Notes under the pieces: model-generated
The model's database searches: none
The model's input: only the letters and a program-made list of their open reading frames with translations
What the model was told of the DNA's origin: nothing
In this document: positions 56,508 through 58,680 of the stretch, piece by piece
Layout of the letters: each line of letters begins with the position of its first letter
How positions within the stretch are numbered: position 1 is the first letter of the stretch
Made by a program: the position numbers and the translations under genes
From: a virus
Taxonomy: Duplodnaviria; Caudoviricetes
Length of the DNA stretch: 58,680 bases
Virus record (IMG/VR): IMGVR_UViG_3300034683_000215
Coordinates: 1-58,680 of that record
Direction: 5' to 3' (one strand)

Positions 56508-58680
56508 ATGGTAAATGATATACAGTTAAGATTTGTTTGTCGTACAGACAGCGGGGTGGATAACAAGCTGTACATAACAGACACATCGACATATTCGGGG
56601 GAAACCGTACAAATCAAAATAGAAATAATTGTAGATGGTACGGTTTATTATGTAGATAATTCGTACTCTCATCCACAGGGCGGCGAAAAGTCGTATAATG
56701 TGCCTATTTATGAAAGCAAGATTAAGAACGGCACGTATGCCATAACAGCCTATTTCAAGGAAGGGGTTAATGAAACTACTGTAACCAAGAGTCTAGTATT
56801 AGATTACAATCCTCCATTAATAACGCCCAAGTTGATAGTGGACGGCATGGCATCCATAATTTATGGGCAGGATGACACGACCACGCCTTATCAGCACGTT
56901 AAGTCATACAAACATACAAAGCCAGACGGGAGTTATGTAATTTTTAGCGATAACTATAACATAACACCAATACAATCGGGGACACATAGACTTGATATAT
57001 ATCATGATATTACGGTAACCAATATTAATTACGAATTAAGAGATTATATAAGTGGATATACAGAAGTAGTAGCGTATAAGCTAAACGAAACAGATATATA
57101 TTCTCAACTTGTTTCCTACAAGAGAGCATATGCACAGGAAGCCAATCCGAGCGTAAGGCGCAATATGTTAAAAGTGATAAATCAACTTGATAGATACGAA
57201 GATGATTATTTCATGTCTAAGCGCATAAAAGATTCATTAACTGCCTATGATGCTTTAAAAAATATATATTTAACGTTAAACGAAGCCCCAGTAGTAAATG
57301 TAGAAGATATACCAGTTTGGAGTCCGTCAGAAGGAGGTGTAACGGCACACGACCAACTCACAGAGGAGAGCCGCAACTTGTCAGACCAGCACCCGATAGC
57401 GGCGATAACTGGACTACAGGACGCTTTGGACACCAAGCTTGATGAGTCGGAGTTTTCGGCTGGTAATATTTTAAGTAAGTTATTGACGGTTGATGGACAT
57501 GGCAGCGGATTAGATGCAGATACAATCGATGGGTATCACGCTTCAGATATAGTGTTTCAAGGAGTACCAACGGGGCAAGTTGATGTTGGGTACGTACCAT
57601 TCATTTCAAATACAAACTGGGATTTATATTCGACAACGATATTTTGCGAAACTACCGCAGGTGGGGCTGTAAGCCGTTATTTTATAGGGGATGATACCTT
57701 AGCAGATGGTAAACATGGTATGTTTTGGATTGCTGCAAAATCTGATGATAACATAATTCTAAGATTAGGTAATAGTTTTGCAAAGCACGAAGACCCTATA
57801 GTAAATGCGCTGGATGTAGTGCTTGTTTCAGAGGAAAGCGATGTAACAAGTTCTGCTGAACTAACGGGTATAAATACGGATGTAACAATGGTTAATTATT
57901 CCGGCTACGACCCAAGTTATCCGGCGTATCTATATGGGCATAAAATATCAACACTGATAAATAGCCGAACAGCGGGCTTTGATGGAATTGTTGCAGAGCA
58001 GAAATGTTTAGATATTAAATATGGACATGATAGTATAAATGCAAGCAGCTCTCCTACTAGTACGGCAGCGTATGGGATATTCATAACTCCCTATGCGAAG
58101 AAGGGTACTATAACGAATGCTTACGATATTTATCTTGATGCAGAGCAAACAGGAGGGACAGTAACCAATGGTTTTTCTATTTACCAAGCAAACACGAAGG
58201 AAAATTATTTCAAGGGTAATATAATAACAGAAAAACAACTTATATCGTCCATTGCCACTGGAACTTCGCCGTTACAGGTTACATCAACTACTGTTGTAAC
58301 AAATCTAAATTCTGATATGCTGGATGGTAAGCATGCCTCTGATTTTGCTTTGAGTAGTCATACTCATACTGAATCTGAAATAACTGATTTCAACCATACA
58401 CATGGCAATTTGACAAATGATGGTAAGATTGGCATACAAAGTGGAAAAGTTATAACCACAGGAGTTGGTGGTATTTTACAAGCCAGTGATGTGGATAGCC
58501 TAACCATTGGTAATGCTGACAGGGCTTGGAAACTACAGTATGAGACACCAGGCCAACAGTGGGGAGACTATGACACCTTGAGTGTACAACAAGTAGGCAA
58601 CTTTGCCTGGATAGGCAGTGATAGCAATGTATTAGAAACAAAGGTTGCTGAAGCTGATAAATTGGATGGTAAGCATGCCT
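56508..58680 (+). CDS. Tail fibre / receptor-binding protein, N-terminal part (continues into 1-959; about 1004 aa in total)
   Basis: ATG at 56508 (MVNDIQLRFVCR...) follows a terminator and a TATATTTG promoter. The frame matches ORF 15..959. Fibre motifs DADTIDGYHASD and DMLDGKHASDFALSSHTH. Absent from the ORF track because it runs off the end. Confidence 0.8.
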   Translation, partial: MVNDIQLRFVCRTDSGVDNKLYITDTSTYSGETVQIKIEIIVDGTVYYVDNSYSHPQGGEKSYNVPIYESKIKNGTYAITAYFKEGVNETTVTKSLVLDYNPPLITPKLIVDGMASIIYGQDDTTTPYQHVKSYKHTKPDGSYVIFSDNYNITPIQSGTHRLDIYHDITVTNINYELRDYISGYTEVVAYKLNETDIYSQLVSYKRAYAQEANPSVRRNMLKVINQLDRYEDDYFMSKRIKDSLTAYDALKNIYLTLNEAPVVNVEDIPVWSPSEGGVTAHDQLTEESRNLSDQHPIAAITGLQDALDTKLDESEFSAGNILSKLLTVDGHGSGLDADTIDGYHASDIVFQGVPTGQVDVGYVPFISNTNWDLYSTTIFCETTAGGAVSRYFIGDDTLADGKHGMFWIAAKSDDNIILRLGNSFAKHEDPIVNALDVVLVSEESDVTSSAELTGINTDVTMVNYSGYDPSYPAYLYGHKISTLINSRTAGFDGIVAEQKCLDIKYGHDSINASSSPTSTAAYGIFITPYAKKGTITNAYDIYLDAEQTGGTVTNGFSIYQANTKENYFKGNIITEKQLISSIATGTSPLQVTSTTVVTNLNSDMLDGKHASDFALSSHTHTESEITDFNHTHGNLTNDGKIGIQSGKVITTGVGGILQASDVDSLTIGNADRAWKLQYETPGQQWGDYDTLSVQQVGNFAWIGSDSNVLETKVAEADKLDGKHA
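58564..58680. repeat. Terminal direct repeat copy 2 (circular contig overlap)
   Basis: Identical to 1-117; the reading frame is continuous across the join. Confidence 0.97.

Noticed and set aside
58564-58680. Biological direct terminal repeat
   Set aside because: It falls mid-gene and is best explained as assembler overlap on a circular or permuted genome.
1-58680. Stop-codon reassignment
   Set aside because: Long genes are intact in the standard code, TAG, TGA and TAA all end genes, and no suppressor tRNA was seen.

Overview
The window is a complete circularised phage contig. Bases 58564-58680 repeat bases 1-117, giving a unit of about 58,563 bp, and the tail-fibre ORF starting at 56508 reads in frame across the join. 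It is most likely a Bacteroidota podovirus: it has TAnnTTTG -7 promoters, A-rich leaders mostly without Shine-Dalgarno sites, a BACON protein, and a TerL-portal-scaffold-MCP-ring/nozzle-ejection gene order like crAss-related phages. I found no RNA polymerase, DNA polymerase, helicase, integrase or tRNA gene. The main unexplained structure is two arrays of integron-like gene cassettes, at 17346-19356 (genes on +) and 29499-34502 (genes on -). Cassette bodies are bracketed by mutually complementary GTT.../...AAC ends and separated by imperfect hairpins resembling attC. The hairpin mismatches are almost all G-T wobbles on the coding strand. Several genes start inside the hairpin loop and read through the arm, and one cassette is nested inside another site. 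Both arrays lie downstream of a near-identical ~70 bp promoter block present as an inverted repeat. Cargo includes an RNA ligase, an adenine methyltransferase and a non-coding cassette. Other oddities are a 50-aa gene overprinted in the 2128-aa ejection gene, a two-frame cytosine methyltransferase, and dispersed phased A-tract elements.
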